Counted from the first letter of the stretch, positions 21,900-36,205 are shown. The stretch: DNA of 64,000 nucleotides from an uncultured Methanoregulaceae archaeon (GCA_963740465.1 CAVUEE010000009.1:58700-122699); one strand, 5' to 3'. A program made the numbers and translations. The notes: generated from the sequence alone by a model not told the origin.

Positions 21900-21910
21900 A
21901 GGACGACTAT

Positions 21911-23803
21911 ATGGGAATTGAAGAGCGGCTCAGAGATCTCAAAGACAAGATCAATAGCAAAGTGCCCCAGGGCATCTCCGTCTCGGAGGTCGAGTTCGAG
22001 GGGCCGGAGCTCGTCATTTACACCGACGACCCGAAGCGGTTCGCCGACGAGCCGGACCTGATCAAGACACTCGCCCGGGACCTCCGAAAGCGGATCGTCG
22101 TCCGGCCGACCGTTCTCGAGGACCCCGAACGCGCCGCAACAGAGATCCGGAGCGTGGTCGCCGAGAACGCGGGAATCACCGACCTCTTCTTCGACCCGGA
22201 CACGGGCGAGGTCCTGATCGAGGCCGAGAAGCCCGGCGTCGTGATCGGCAAGAACGGGGCAACGCTCCGCGAGATCACGAAGCAGATCGGCTGGACGCCG
22301 AAGGTCGTGCGCACGCCGCCGATCGAGAGCCAGACGATCAAGCAGGTCCGGCAGTATCTGCGCTCGGTCAACGACGAGCGCAAGGACTTCCTTCGGACGA
22401 TCGGACGGCGGATCCACCGTGAGGTGACGAACAAGGACCAGTGGGTCCGGATCACGACCCTCGGGTGCTGCCGTGAGGTCGGGCGGGCCGCGTTCCTGCT
22501 CTCGACGCCCGAATCGAAGGTTTTGATCGACTGCGGCGAGAAGCCGGACAACACGAACGGAACCCCGTACCTCTATGTCCCCGAGATGCAGCCGCTCTCG
22601 CAGCTCGATGCGGTGGTGCTGACTCACGCGCACCTCGATCACTGCGCTCTTGTGCCGCTCCTCTACAAGTACGGGTACGAGGGGCCAGTCTACAGCACTC
22701 CCGCCACGCGGGACCTCGCCTCCCTGCTCCAGCTCGACTACCTCGACGTGATCCGGAAAGAGGACCGGAAGATCCCCTACTCCTCGAACGATGTGAGGAG
22801 TTACCTCAAGCACTCGATCGTGCTGAACTACGGGTCCGTCACGGACATCGCGCCGGACATCAAGCTGACGTTCCACAACGCGGGCCACATTCTCGGGTCG
22901 GCCATCGCGCATTTCCATCTCGGCGACGGGCTCTACAATATCGCCTTCACGGGCGACTTCAACTACGGCAAGAGCCGGCTTTTCAACCCGGCTGTCGCGC
23001 AGTTCCCGAGGCTCGAGGCGCTCGTGATGGAGTCGACCTACGGCGGATCGAACGATTTCCAGCCCGCGAGGCACGACGCCGAGGAGAAGCTCTACGCGAC
23101 GATCCAGACCGTGGTCGGCCGTGGCGGCAAGGTGATCATCCCGGCCTTCGCGGTCGGCCGATCGCAGGAGGTCATGCTCGCGCTCGAGGAGGGGATGCGG
23201 TTCGGTAAGATCCCGAAGGTCAAGGTCTACCTCGACGGCATGATCAAGGAGGCGACCGCGATCCACACGGCCTACCCCGAGTACCTGAACAGTGATCTGC
23301 GCAACCAGATCTTCAAGGAGGGGCTCAATCCCTTCCTGGCCGAGTGCTTCTGCCAGGTTGATTCGACCGAAATGCGGGCGAAGGTGATGGCGTCCGATGA
23401 CCCGTGCGTCATCATCACGACGAGCGGGATGCTGAACGGAGGCCCGGTCTTCGACTACCTGAACAACCTGGCCGCGGACGAGCGGAACGCGCTCGTCTTC
23501 GTCGGGTACCAGGCGGACGGGACGCTCGGGCGACGGATCCAGAAGGGGTGGCGCGAGGTCCCGCTCGGGCGGCGCGACTCGATCGTGATCAACCTCGAGG
23601 TGATCACCGTCGACGGGTTCTCGGGCCATTCGGACAGACGGCAGCTGATGAACTACGTCGGCCACGTCACTCCGCATCCCGAGAAGATCTTCACGATCCA
23701 CGGGGACGAGAAGGCGACCCTCGACCTCGCCTCGTCGATCTACAAGCGCTACCGGATCGAGACCCATGCACCGATGAATCTCGAGACCTACCGGATGGTC
23801 TGA
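21911..23803 (+). CDS. aCPSF1/FttA: KH-domain beta-CASP metallo-beta-lactamase ribonuclease (archaeal transcription termination factor)
   Basis: 630 aa with N-terminal KH-type region (VIGKNGATLREI), the THAHLDHCA MBL motif and a beta-CASP core ending GFSGHSDRRQL. It lies next to psmB, as in many archaea. Confidence 0.9.
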   Translation: MGIEERLRDLKDKINSKVPQGISVSEVEFEGPELVIYTDDPKRFADEPDLIKTLARDLRKRIVVRPTVLEDPERAATEIRSVVAENAGITDLFFDPDTGEVLIEAEKPGVVIGKNGATLREITKQIGWTPKVVRTPPIESQTIKQVRQYLRSVNDERKDFLRTIGRRIHREVTNKDQWVRITTLGCCREVGRAAFLLSTPESKVLIDCGEKPDNTNGTPYLYVPEMQPLSQLDAVVLTHAHLDHCALVPLLYKYGYEGPVYSTPATRDLASLLQLDYLDVIRKEDRKIPYSSNDVRSYLKHSIVLNYGSVTDIAPDIKLTFHNAGHILGSAIAHFHLGDGLYNIAFTGDFNYGKSRLFNPAVAQFPRLEALVMESTYGGSNDFQPARHDAEEKLYATIQTVVGRGGKVIIPAFAVGRSQEVMLALEEGMRFGKIPKVKVYLDGMIKEATAIHTAYPEYLNSDLRNQIFKEGLNPFLAECFCQVDSTEMRAKVMASDDPCVIITTSGMLNGGPVFDYLNNLAADERNALVFVGYQADGTLGRRIQKGWREVPLGRRDSIVINLEVITVDGFSGHSDRRQLMNYVGHVTPHPEKIFTIHGDEKATLDLASSIYKRYRIETHAPMNLETYRMV

Positions 23804-23816
23804 CCCTCTCCCTTTC

Positions 23817-24912
23817 ATGAGCGCCAGGCTCGCGTGTTGCGTCGCGGTCTTCGTGCTCATGGCGCTCTCGAACGCAGTCGTGCCGGTACTCGACACCTTC
23901 GCCGAGAGTGCGGCCTTCCAGGGACTCATCTTCTCGGGCTACTTCTTCGGGGCAATGCTGACGGTGCTGCCGGCGGGCCTCGCCTCCGAGCGGTACGGAC
24001 GGCTTCGGCTGATGCGTCTCGGTATCGCCGGCTCCTGCGCGGCCGGGCTCGCGATCGCCCTGCGTGCCCTCTGCGCCCGTTGTCGCTGTCGCCCGCGTGG
24101 CCGAGGGCGTGGCGACGGGGCTCTTCGTCTCGGCGTCGCTCGCGTTCGTCAACAGCCGGCAGGATCACGGGCGGCTCTCAGGGCTGTACATGGCGTCCCT
24201 GAACGGGGGCCTGCTGGTCGGCCTTATCGCGACCGGAGCCCTTGTGCAGGTCTCGGGCGTACAGACAGCGGGGGTGATCGTCTTCACAGGCCTGGCCGTT
24301 GCATCGTTCGCGCTGGTGCTGGGAAGGGACGCGGTTACCGGCGCGGAGGCGATTGACCCGGTGCCCCGGTTGGTACCCGTGCTCCGCGAATATCGATGGC
24401 TCTTCTACGCGACGGTCGTGATCTTCGGGGCGGGCGGAGCGGTGACGGGGATGTACCCGGGATTTTCGCTGGCCGACCCGGGGCCCCTGGGGATACAGAT
24501 CGCGCTCCAGAATATCGCGACGATCGTCGCGATTCTGATCGTCTCGCGCCTACCTGCGGACCCGATTCGTACGATCCGGACGAGCGCGCTGGCGATGGCT
24601 GCCGCTGTCGCGGTCTCTTTCTTCTCTCCGTTCGGCTTTGCGGCGATAGGGGCTGCGGCGGGCGCCGTCCAGATCAGCCAACTCGCGTTCCTGGCCCGGA
24701 CGGGCGAGCCGCAGGGCGTCGTGGTCGGGGTCTTCACTACGGCCTCTTATGCGGGGATGGCTGTGTTGCCGGTCGTTGCCGCCATCGTGGCACGCTCCTT
24801 CGGGTACGCGGCAGCTTTCGGTCTGATCATGCTCATCTCGCTCAGCGTTGCCCTGACTATAGAACGATGCACGCGGTGTGCCGCACCTACCGGCCAGGTC
24901 ACGGCAACCTGA
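23817..24912 (+). pseudogene. MFS transporter; frame break near 24060
   Basis: N-terminal TMs are in ORF 23817..24356 (..GLASERYGRLRLMRLG, MFS loop 2-3 motif). The remaining ~9 TMs are in ORF 24064..24912. Confidence 0.7.
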
Positions 24913-25646
24913 TCCTGTCCGTCGGCCGATATCGGAACCTGAGACTCGAGTACTTCGTCCGTACAGCTGTCTTCATCGACATTCGGGTAATGGAGAACCG
25001 CAGGGTGCGCTGCTCCCGCGAACGGGTAGAGTCCTTTCCCGTCATTGTGGAAGGTGAGCAAAGGGGGGACGAATGGTTCACGATTACCCGCGAGGGATTG
25101 GTAATGGAGGGTGAACCAGAGGGGGGGAAGGCAGTTCTCGATCTTCGGATGGTGCCCATCGGCTGTAAGGAATGAACACTCGATCCTATCGAGATATGGA
25201 CATGATCTCTCTCCACATCTCGCGCGGAGTTCCTCGCATCGCTGGCTCCAGAAAGTTGGCCTTCGCACCTTCGCCCCGTAGGAATGGTTTCGGGAAGGTA
25301 GAGGAGGCCGAAATCCGCAGATCAATTCCGCAACGAGGTCTAACGGTAGTTACTTCTCGTCACCATAGTGGAGGGGAAAGGAGATTGTGTCGGCCGTCAA
25401 TCTTGTGGTTACGGATTCACCAGTGTGGTAACGAGCCGACGGCAGCAACGAGTGGATGAAAGTTATTCGTGAAGTGCTGGTAAGGGTTTTCCCCTTTTCG
25501 CGACTGCGACATGATAGCTTTTAACGAGATCAACGGGCTATCACGAAGAGATCGAGGAATCGTCTCGATATACGGACGAGATGCGTCGCGAAGAGCGGCG
25601 GCAGAGTAGGAATGAATATCGCCGGATACCCGAGAAGGATAGAAAT

Positions 25647-25690
25647 TCCGGTACGGGTATCGAACCCGAGGTTGTCCATCAACAACCGGA
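25647..25690 (-). other. tRNA-like remnant (acceptor-like helix + T-arm-like hairpin), not a complete tRNA
   Basis: The minus strand reads TCCGGT-TGTTGATGGACAAC-C-TCGGGTTCGATACCCGT-ACCGGA. It has a 6-bp closing helix and a GGGTTCGATACCC T-arm look-alike, with no room for D and anticodon arms. Confidence 0.35.
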
Positions 25691-25755
25691 TAATGGCTTA
25701 CGCTGATATGAGAAAATCAGTAAGAACAGTTCGTCTGATGTAATGAAGAAGGATA

Positions 25756-25874
25756 ATAGCAGCGCACCATAGTTCCCGAGGACTCGCGTACCTCAGTACA
25801 GTATGATACGTTATCCGGCTTAACTTCTGGGTTCGGAATGAGTCCAGGTGTTTCCCGAATGCTATGGCCGCTAT
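25756..25874 (-). rRNA. rrf: 5S rRNA
   Basis: The minus strand reads ATAGCGGCCATAGC..ACCTGGACTCATTCCGAACCCAGAAGTTAAGCC..GTACTGAGGTACGCGAGTCCTCGGGAAC..GCGCTGCTAT. The 5'/3' ends pair as helix I; length 119 nt. Confidence 0.9.
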
Positions 25875-25880
25875 TACCCA

Positions 25881-25952
25881 AGCCAAGGTCCGGACTTGAA
25901 CCGGAGTGTAGTAGATCTGCAGTCTACCGCGTAGCCGCTCCGCCACCTTGGC
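25881..25952 (-). tRNA. tRNA-Cys (GCA)
   Basis: The minus strand reads GCCAAGGTGGCGGAGCGGCTACGCGGTAGACTGCAGATCTACTACACTCCGGTTCAAGTCCGGACCTTGGCT. It forms a cloverleaf with anticodon loop CTGCAGA and acceptor GCCAAGG/CCTTGGC. Confidence 0.9.
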
Positions 25953-25993
25953 ATGGCCGTGTGCCGACATACGTTACCGTATGACGGCTTAAA

Positions 25994-26027
25994 GGTTAGC
26001 ACTCTGGATTTCGTCTGGGTTCAACAA
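25994..26027 (-). repeat. 3' half of the 23S rRNA processing stem (pairs with 28951-28984)
   Basis: ggttagcactctgga and tgggttcaacaa here are reverse complements of tccagagtgctaacc and ttgttgaaccca at 28951-28984. The two helices are separated by short unpaired stretches (bulge-helix-bulge-like). Confidence 0.75.
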
Positions 26028-26029
26028 TG

Positions 26030-28950
<2,921 letters not shown>

Positions 28951-28984
28951 TTGTTGAACCCATTTAACGTCCAGAGTGCTAACC
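28951..28984 (-). repeat. 5' half of the 23S rRNA processing stem
   Basis: See 25994-26027; the inverted repeat flanks the whole 23S gene. Confidence 0.75.
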
Positions 28985-29098
28985 CTGTACACGGCGTCGT
29001 CAGGTCGTTGACCTTCCGCCCTTCCCTGGGGATTCGCATTCCCAGGTGCATTGAGCGCACCGAAAGGTGCGCCCCACAGGAGTTTACTCCTGCGGGAG

Positions 29099-29171
29099 TG
29101 GACTCAATGGGAGTTGAACCCATGGCCTCCGCCTCGCAAAGGCGGCGCTCTTCCAACTGAGCTATGAGCCC
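29099..29171 (-). tRNA. tRNA-Ala (TGC) in the 16S-23S spacer
   Basis: The minus strand reads GGGCTCATAGCTCAGTTGGAAGAGCGCCGCCTTTGCGAGGCGGAGGCCATGGGTTCAACTCCCATTGAGTCCA. Anticodon TGC; the G3:U70 Ala identity pair is present. Confidence 0.95.
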
Positions 29172-29179
29172 TCTGCCTT

Positions 29180-29218
29180 ATTGGTACTGGCAACTTTACG
29201 GTCTGCAGAGCAACTGCC
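29180..29218 (-). repeat. 3' half of the 16S rRNA processing stem (pairs with 30726-30764)
   Basis: attggtactggcaa...tgcagagcaactgcc is the near-perfect reverse complement of ggcagttgctttgca...ttgccagtaccaat upstream of the 16S. Confidence 0.75.
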
Positions 29219-29230
29219 TTGTCCATCGTT

Positions 29231-30698
<1,468 letters not shown>

Positions 30699-30725
30699 CA
30701 CATTAGCACAATCTTATAAGGAGTT

Positions 30726-30764
30726 GGCAGTTGCTTTGCAGATTTCCGCATTGCCAGTACCAAT
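30726..30764 (-). repeat. 5' half of the 16S rRNA processing stem
   Basis: See 29180-29218. Confidence 0.75.
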
Positions 30765-30818
30765 GTCAGAACCAACACCGGTCGCGCCGGGCACGTTGAT
30801 TCTCCATCACAGAGGGTT

Positions 30819-30846
30819 ACTATATACGCATCGATGCGTAATAAAG
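30819..30846 (-). promoter_or_regulatory. Proximal candidate rRNA promoter (two TATA-like elements: GCGTATATAGTAA and CCTTTATTAC on minus strand)
   Basis: AT-rich elements ~55-80 nt upstream of the 16S processing stem. It lacks the ACCTCGC box of the upstream units, so the call is weaker. Confidence 0.3.
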
Positions 30847-30912
30847 GTTTTCATCATGCCCGTCGCCAGATGTCTGGCGAAGGTGCGCACAATGTTCGCA
30901 TTGCACGGCAAT

Positions 30913-30949
30913 GCGAGGTCACTATATTGCACCTCTGGGCACTTAAACC
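30913..30949 (-). promoter_or_regulatory. rRNA operon tandem promoter unit (TATA-like GGTTTAAGTG + ACCTCGC start-site box)
   Basis: The minus strand reads GGGTTTAAGTGCCCAGAGGTGCAATATAGTGACCTCGCAT. It has the same architecture as the units at 31022 and 31192. Confidence 0.4.
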
Positions 30950-31021
30950 CTTCTGTCGTGCACATCCTTACGAATGCGCACCCATCGGATAGGTGGCCAA
31001 TCACCACCGTCGCGCCAGGGC

Positions 31022-31056
31022 GCGAGGTAATAATGAATGGCGTCAGTCCATATAAG
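31022..31056 (-). promoter_or_regulatory. rRNA operon tandem promoter unit (CTTATATGG TATA box + TTACCTCGC box ~20 nt downstream)
   Basis: The minus strand reads CGCTTATATGGACTGACGCCATTCATTATTACCTCGCG, ~70% identical to the unit at 31192-31226. Confidence 0.5.
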
Positions 31057-31191
31057 CGTTCCCACAACATCATTCACGATTCGCATCACATTTCGGATGT
31101 CGACCATGAGGAGACGGGGAAACCTGTGTCACGGCGGTCGGATTCGACAGCCGCCCATCCGATCGCCTTTCGACAATCGCTCGCATCGGGT

Positions 31192-31226
31192 GCGAGGTAA
31201 CTATGTTGGAGACGTCACCATATAAG
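31192..31226 (-). promoter_or_regulatory. rRNA operon tandem promoter unit (distal copy)
   Basis: The minus strand reads ATCTTATATGGTGACGTCTCCAACATAGTTACCTCGCA, 170 bp upstream of the previous unit. Confidence 0.5.
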
Positions 31227-31395
31227 ATCTTCCTCGAAGACGTCAACCCTGACAATTTCTCGCGTCCACATTCGCCGGATTGCGCACAAAGGAACCTGCC
31301 GAAGCCCCGTCACCACCACTGCGCGCATCGATTGCAATGGGGCGATTGCCACCCATATGCCGCCCGCACCTTCGCCTCTCCATCACGGGGGCGCC

Positions 31396-32154
31396 TCACG
31401 ACTCCCCTTCCGTCAACGGTGCCCTGCCACCCGTACCTTCCACCCGTGAACTCTGTCCAAGGGCCGGGAGAATGTCGATATCGCCGAAGAACTCCTCCTG
31501 GACCAGGTCCACGGTTCCGTCGAGCATCAGGAAGAGCAGGGGTATATACAGATCGATCACGCGCCATCCGCTCACCTGCACGAGTGACGAGATGGTCATC
31601 CCTCGCCCTTCCGCGAACCCGGCCAGGCACCATGCCAGCACCCGATGGGCCGCGTCGCGATACCCTTCCTCGTGAGCGATCCCGATCACCTCGTGCGGAT
31701 CGATCTCCAGCGGCGGCGCCCGGACGCACCGGCGTCGGCGCTGCTCGTCGCGTTCCATGAACCGGAGCACCGTGATCAGGTCGAAGAGCGTCTCGGGTCG
31801 CTTGCGGAGCCGTTTTCGCTCGAGCCGTCGGTGGATCTCGGCCTCGAGCCGTGCCATCGGCTCTCCTCCCAGCGGCTCCTCGAGCGCGTCCCAATCGACG
31901 ACCTCCTCCTCCTCAAAGGCGTCGTCCTCCCCCTCGGGCGGGTCGAGCAGGTACTCGGACTTCATCCGGAGCAGGAGGGCAGCGTAAAAGAGAGTGCGGC
32001 CCGAGATCCGGAGGTCGAGGGTCTTCTGGTGTTCGAGCTCGGAGAGAAACCGGTCGGTCACCTCGACGATGTCGATCCGCCAGGGATCGATCTCGCCCCG
32101 TTCGGCCATGCCGACCAGGATGGCAACCGGCTCTTCAATCACCGGTACGCACAC
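31396..32154 (-). CDS. scpA: Segregation and condensation protein A (kleisin ScpA)
   Basis: 252 aa (GTG 32154; alternative ATG 32109) with ..ERGEIDPWRIDIVEVTDRFL..LDLRISGRTLFYAALLLRMKSEYL.. It overlaps the smc stop by 20 nt. Confidence 0.85.
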   Translation of the reverse strand: MCVPVIEEPVAILVGMAERGEIDPWRIDIVEVTDRFLSELEHQKTLDLRISGRTLFYAALLLRMKSEYLLDPPEGEDDAFEEEEVVDWDALEEPLGGEPMARLEAEIHRRLERKRLRKRPETLFDLITVLRFMERDEQRRRRCVRAPPLEIDPHEVIGIAHEEGYRDAAHRVLAWCLAGFAEGRGMTISSLVQVSGWRVIDLYIPLLFLMLDGTVDLVQEEFFGDIDILPALGQSSRVEGTGGRAPLTEGES

Positions 32155-35100
32155 CCGTGACCAGCGTGGATTTGTCGGGCCGGACGGTCACGCCGACGAT
32201 CCGGTCCGCGCTGTCGATCATCGGCTTCCTCAGCGAGACGATGATGAACTGGGATTCGGACGCGATCGTCCGGATCATCGAGGCGATCCGCTCGACGTTC
32301 GATCCGTCGAGCGACATGTCCACCTCGTCGAACGCGTAGAACGGCGCCGGCAGGTACTGCTGGATCGAGAAGATGAACGCGAGGGTCGTGAGCGACTTCT
32401 CGCCTCCCGAGAGGGACGAGAGGAGATGCACCGCCTTGTCGCGTGGTTGCACCGCGAAGGTCAGGCCACCGTCGAAGGGATCCTCCTCGCACTCGAGCAC
32501 GAGCCGACCGTTGCCGCTTGTGAGCGTGGCGAAGATCCGCGAGAAGTTCTCGTTGATCGCGGCAAACGCGGTGCGGAAGGCCTCGAGTTTCTGCGTCTCG
32601 AAGTGGGCGATCCGCTCGAGAAGCGTCTCACGCTCGCGTGCGAGCACGCCGACCATCTCCGTCCGCTCCGTGACCCGCGCCCCGACCCGGTCGAACTCCT
32701 CGACCGCGAGCATGTTGACCGCGCCGAGGCGCCGGAGGGCGAACTCGGTCGCCGCGATCCCCTCGTCGATCTCGGCGAGCGTCATGGTCGTGGTCCGGCC
32801 GCGCCGCCCGCTCCCGGAGCGCCGCGCACTCCTCATCCAGGGTCTTGCCGCGCTCGACGCAGACATCGATCTGGAACCGGACCCGCTCCAGCCGGGCCTC
32901 GAGCTCGAGCAGGGCCCGTTCCAGGTCGAGAATGGACGTCTGCAGCTCGGCCCGCCGGCGCCGCAGGTCCTCGAGCTCGCCGAGAAGGTCTGCTGGCGCG
33001 CCTCGAGTCCCCGGATCTCCTCCTCGCCCGTCGCTATCTGTGCCTCGAACCGGCTCGTCTCCACGTCGAGCTGCCGGTTCTTCGCCTCGAGCCGTTCCCG
33101 CTCCGCCGCGAGCTCCTCGATCCGGCGGGTAAAGTAGACCCGCTCGCGCTGGGTGTCCGCGATGTCCGACTCCTTGTTCCGGAGACGCCGCTCGACCTCG
33201 TCGAGCTCGGATCGAGCCCGTTCGCGCTGGTCGGTGAGGACCGGGATCTCGGTCTCCTCGAGTTCCTTCCTGAGCGAGGCCACGCGGCGATTGGCCCCCC
33301 CGATCCGATCCTGGAGCGCGCCGAGTGCCTGCTCGATCTCGGCGCGCTCGCCGACGGACGCGGCGCCCTCCTCCCCGAGCTCCCCCTCGGTCCGTACAAG
33401 CTCCGCCTCTTCGACCGCCATCGCCTGAATGCGCCGTTCGTACTCCTCGACCAGGACCCCGCAGCGGGCAGCCTCCTGGTCGGCCCGCGCCCGCGCCGCC
33501 CGCAGCGACTCCGACTCCGCCGTGAGGCGGCGAATCGACTCGTCGAGCCCCGACGCCTCCGCCTCCTGGCCCGCGATCGCCGCGAGGAGACGCCGGACCT
33601 CGTCCTCGACCGATGCGGCGAACCCGCGAGCGGACCGCTTCTGGAACCCGCCCGTCATGGCGCCGGTCTTCTCGAGCAGCTCCCCCTCGAGCGTGACCAT
33701 CCGGTGACGTCCGAGCAGTCGGCGCGCCTGCGCGAGGGTCTTCAGCACCAGCGTCCCGCCGAAGACGAGGCCGAACGCCCGTTCGTACTGCGGGTCGAAG
33801 CGGACCAGGTCGACCGCGTAGTCGACGATCCCATCTCCCGAGACGGGCGGGCGCGGGACCTCGCGGAGCCGGTTGAGCGGCAGGAACGTGAGGCGCCCCG
33901 CGCGGGTCTCCTTGAGGTAGGCGATCGCCTGGCTGGCCACCTCGTCGTTGTCGACCACGACGTTGTTGAGCCGCGAACCGGCCGCCGTGTTCAGGGCCTC
34001 CATGTACTCGGGCGGCACCCGCCCGAGGCTGGCGATGGTGCCGTGAACCCCGTCCATGCCGAGCACGGCCTCGAGGGCCCGGCCTCCGGCGTCGCCGTGA
34101 ACCTGCTGCTGGGCCTCGCACCGCATCAGAGCCTGCTCGTTCGCGCGCTGGGCCTGTCGCAGCCGTTCGAAGGCCGACCGCTGCTCGAGCAGCGCCCGCT
34201 CCGACTTCGAGAGCGCAGCCTCCACCCGTCTGCGCTCCTCCGCATGCGCCGTCCCCGCCGTTCTCGTCTCCTCGAGCGCGGCCCGATCCGCGGCGACGGA
34301 TGCCTCGATCTCGACCCGGCGCGCGGCGAGCCGTTCGCGCTCGCGCGTCCGCGCCCGGCTCTGCTCGATCAGCCGATCCTGCTGCCTGAGCAGCTCCGCG
34401 CGTGCCGACGTCTGCTCCTCGAGCGATTCGAGCAGGGCGAAGAGTTCGGTCTGGGCCGAGGCCGTCCCCGCCTGACCCTCCGCAAGGCGCCCCTCGATCC
34501 CCCGGAGCCGGGACTGCACGGCCGCCTGCTCCATCGCGAGGTTCGTCCGGTCGATCGAGAGGCTCCGCACGAGGGCCTGGGCTGCCGCCGTCTTCTCCTC
34601 CATCCGCCGGGCATCGGCGTAGGCCCGGTTGATCGCCTGGAGGTTCTCCTCTCTCTCGCGCCGATGGGCCTCGATCGAGAGCCGGCTCGAGCGGATGGTC
34701 CCCTTCACCTCCTCGAGCTGGCTCAACAGGCTTGAGGTACTCCGCGCCGCTCCGGCGGTGGATCTCCTCGTCGAGGGCGGCGAGGTCGCCCTGGAGGTAC
34801 GAGAGATTGTGCGCCTCGTGCGACCGGTCCTCCTCGAGCCGCGCTCCCTCGAGGCGGTGCCCCTCCGTGAGCGAGGCGAGCGTGGCCTGCTCCTTCTCCT
34901 TCTCGGCGAGCTCGGCCGCCGCTCGCGAGTCCTCGTACTCCGCGAGCTGGCAGGTCAGTCTGCTGGTGGATCAGCGCCTGCTCCCGCTCGACGGCCAGCT
35001 CTTCGAGCCGACGCGACGCCTCTTTGAGCAAGAGCTCCTCGCGCTCGACCCGGTCCTTGACCACCTCGAGCTCGGCGAGCGCCTGGGTGCGCCGAAGATC

Positions 35101-35581
35101 GAACTCGGCCACGCCGGCGATCTCGTCGACCACGCGCCGCCGCTCGAGGTCGCTCATCTCGATGATCCGCGTGATGTCTCCCTGCATCACGACATTGTAC
35201 CCGTGCGGACGAACGCCGAGCCTGCCCGCCGAGGAAATCCGCGACCTCGCTCTGCTTCGAGAGCCGGTCGTTCATGTAGAAGTAGCTGTAGTAGCCGTTC
35301 TCGGTCCGCTTGATCCGCCGGCGGATCCGGGTGCCGTCCGAGAATCGCAGCGCGACCTCTGCCGTGGAGCGGCCGCTCGAGATGTTGATGAAATCGGTCA
35401 GCTTCTCGGCGCGAAGCGAGTGGGACGACGAGAGCCCAAGCACGAAGAGGATCGCGTCGATGATGTTCGACTTGCCCGAGCCATTCGGGCCGGAGACGAC
35501 CGTGAAACCCTGGGAAAAAGGAATCCGGGTCTTCCGGGCGAATGACTTGAAGTTGTCGATCTCCAGCTCGCTGATGAACAA
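32135..35581 (-). pseudogene. smc: Chromosome segregation ATPase SMC; about five frame breaks (~35228, ~34960, ~34730, and a compensating pair ~33000/~32790)
   Basis: The N-terminal head MFISELEIDNFKSF..VVSGPNGSGKSNIIDAILFVLG (Walker A) is in ORF 34955..35581. The hinge is ..GVHGTIASLGRVPPEYMEALNTAAGSRLNNVVVD.. The C-terminal head ..LSGGEKSLTTLAFIFSIQ..FYAFDEVDMSLD (signature + Walker B) is in ORF 32135..34726. Confidence 0.9.
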
Positions 35582-35593
35582 GGACGCGGGCCC

Positions 35594-36205
35594 CTAGCGT
35601 TTCTTCGGCGGACGGGGCGGTTCCTGCTCGTCGGCGAAGATCACCGCGTCCACGTGCCGCCCGCTGCGGTCTCCGGCCGTCCGCGAGCCCTGCCGTCGGT
35701 TCTGGGGTCCGTTGGAAGCGATGATGTACTCGTTCTTGCGGCGCAGCTCCGGCTTGATCGTTCCGTCGGGCTGCATGATCAGGTCCATCTCTCCGGCAGG
35801 GATCGCGGGCGCCGGTTCCGCAGCCACTTGCGGCGGTCGGGACGGGGACGCCGGTAGCGGCGCGAGTTTCCCCGCGTTCCGCGGGCGGACAAGGACCGTG
35901 GGCGAGGACGACGGCGGCTCGACAGTCCGTCCCGGCCCCGCGCGGACGGGTGCCGGCCCCTCGTGCCGCTCGGCCGTCTTGGCCAGCTTGAGCGTGAGCG
36001 CCTTCAGGTCCAGGACCTCCTCGGTCAGGCCCTTGACCACGGCCTCGAGCTCACGAACGCGCCGCTCGAGCGCGCCGATACGGGCGTCCTCGTCGATGGG
36101 TGCCGGGACCGGGGCCCGGTCGACATCGCGCATCTGCTCGAGCACCCGCTCCTTCTCCTCCAGCTCGTGCTCCAGGTATTTGATCTTCGCATCCTTCATG
36201 GCCAT
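35594..36205 (-). CDS. Coiled-coil protein of unknown function, first gene of the smc-scpA operon
   Basis: 203 aa. The N-terminal ~80 aa are heptad-like (KIKYLEHELEEKERVLEQM..LERRVRELEAVVKGLTEEVLDLKALTLKLAK). Then come a Pro-rich linker and a basic C-terminal part (..IKPELRRKNEYIIASNGPQNRR..PPKKR). Its stop is 12 nt before the smc start. Confidence 0.6.
   Translation of the reverse strand: MAMKDAKIKYLEHELEEKERVLEQMRDVDRAPVPAPIDEDARIGALERRVRELEAVVKGLTEEVLDLKALTLKLAKTAERHEGPAPVRAGPGRTVEPPSSSPTVLVRPRNAGKLAPLPASPSRPPQVAAEPAPAIPAGEMDLIMQPDGTIKPELRRKNEYIIASNGPQNRRQGSRTAGDRSGRHVDAVIFADEQEPPRPPKKR

Noticed and set aside
21857-23929. Very long antisense or out-of-frame ORFs. Examples: 165..1748 -, 1745..3043 -, 21857..23929 -, 31994..34735 +, 48821..50623 +, 52151..53608 -, 58616..60265 -, 62423..63733 +.
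   Set aside because: Their translations are Arg/Pro/Gly/Asp-rich low-complexity strings with no motifs. Each lies opposite or offset to a gene with an unmistakable family signature. Stop-poor alternative frames are expected in high-GC DNA.
24990-25175. A 61-aa ORF, MENRRVRCSRERVESFPVIVEGEQRGDEWFTITREGLVMEGEPEGGKAVLDLRMVPIGCKE, just after the MFS gene.
   Set aside because: Its third-position GC is clearly lower than in neighbouring genes. It has no recognisable family, and an equally long ORF lies on the opposite strand. The evidence is too weak to list as a feature.
25176-25755. Possibility that the rRNA trailer (or the 42365-42811 spacer) encodes SRP (7S) RNA or RNase P RNA, both of which are sometimes linked to rRNA/tRNA genes in methanogens.
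   Set aside because: I found none of the conserved landmarks on either strand. The RNase P CR-I GAGGAAAGTCC is absent, as is the SRP helix-8 GGAAG..AGCAGC-type motif. A covariance-model scan would be decisive.
30724-31894. ORFs in the rRNA leader/promoter region and opposite scpA (30724..31200 +, 31203..31760 +, 31310..31894 -).
   Set aside because: They have no protein-like composition. The region is explained by the processing stem, the tandem promoter units and the scpA coding strand.
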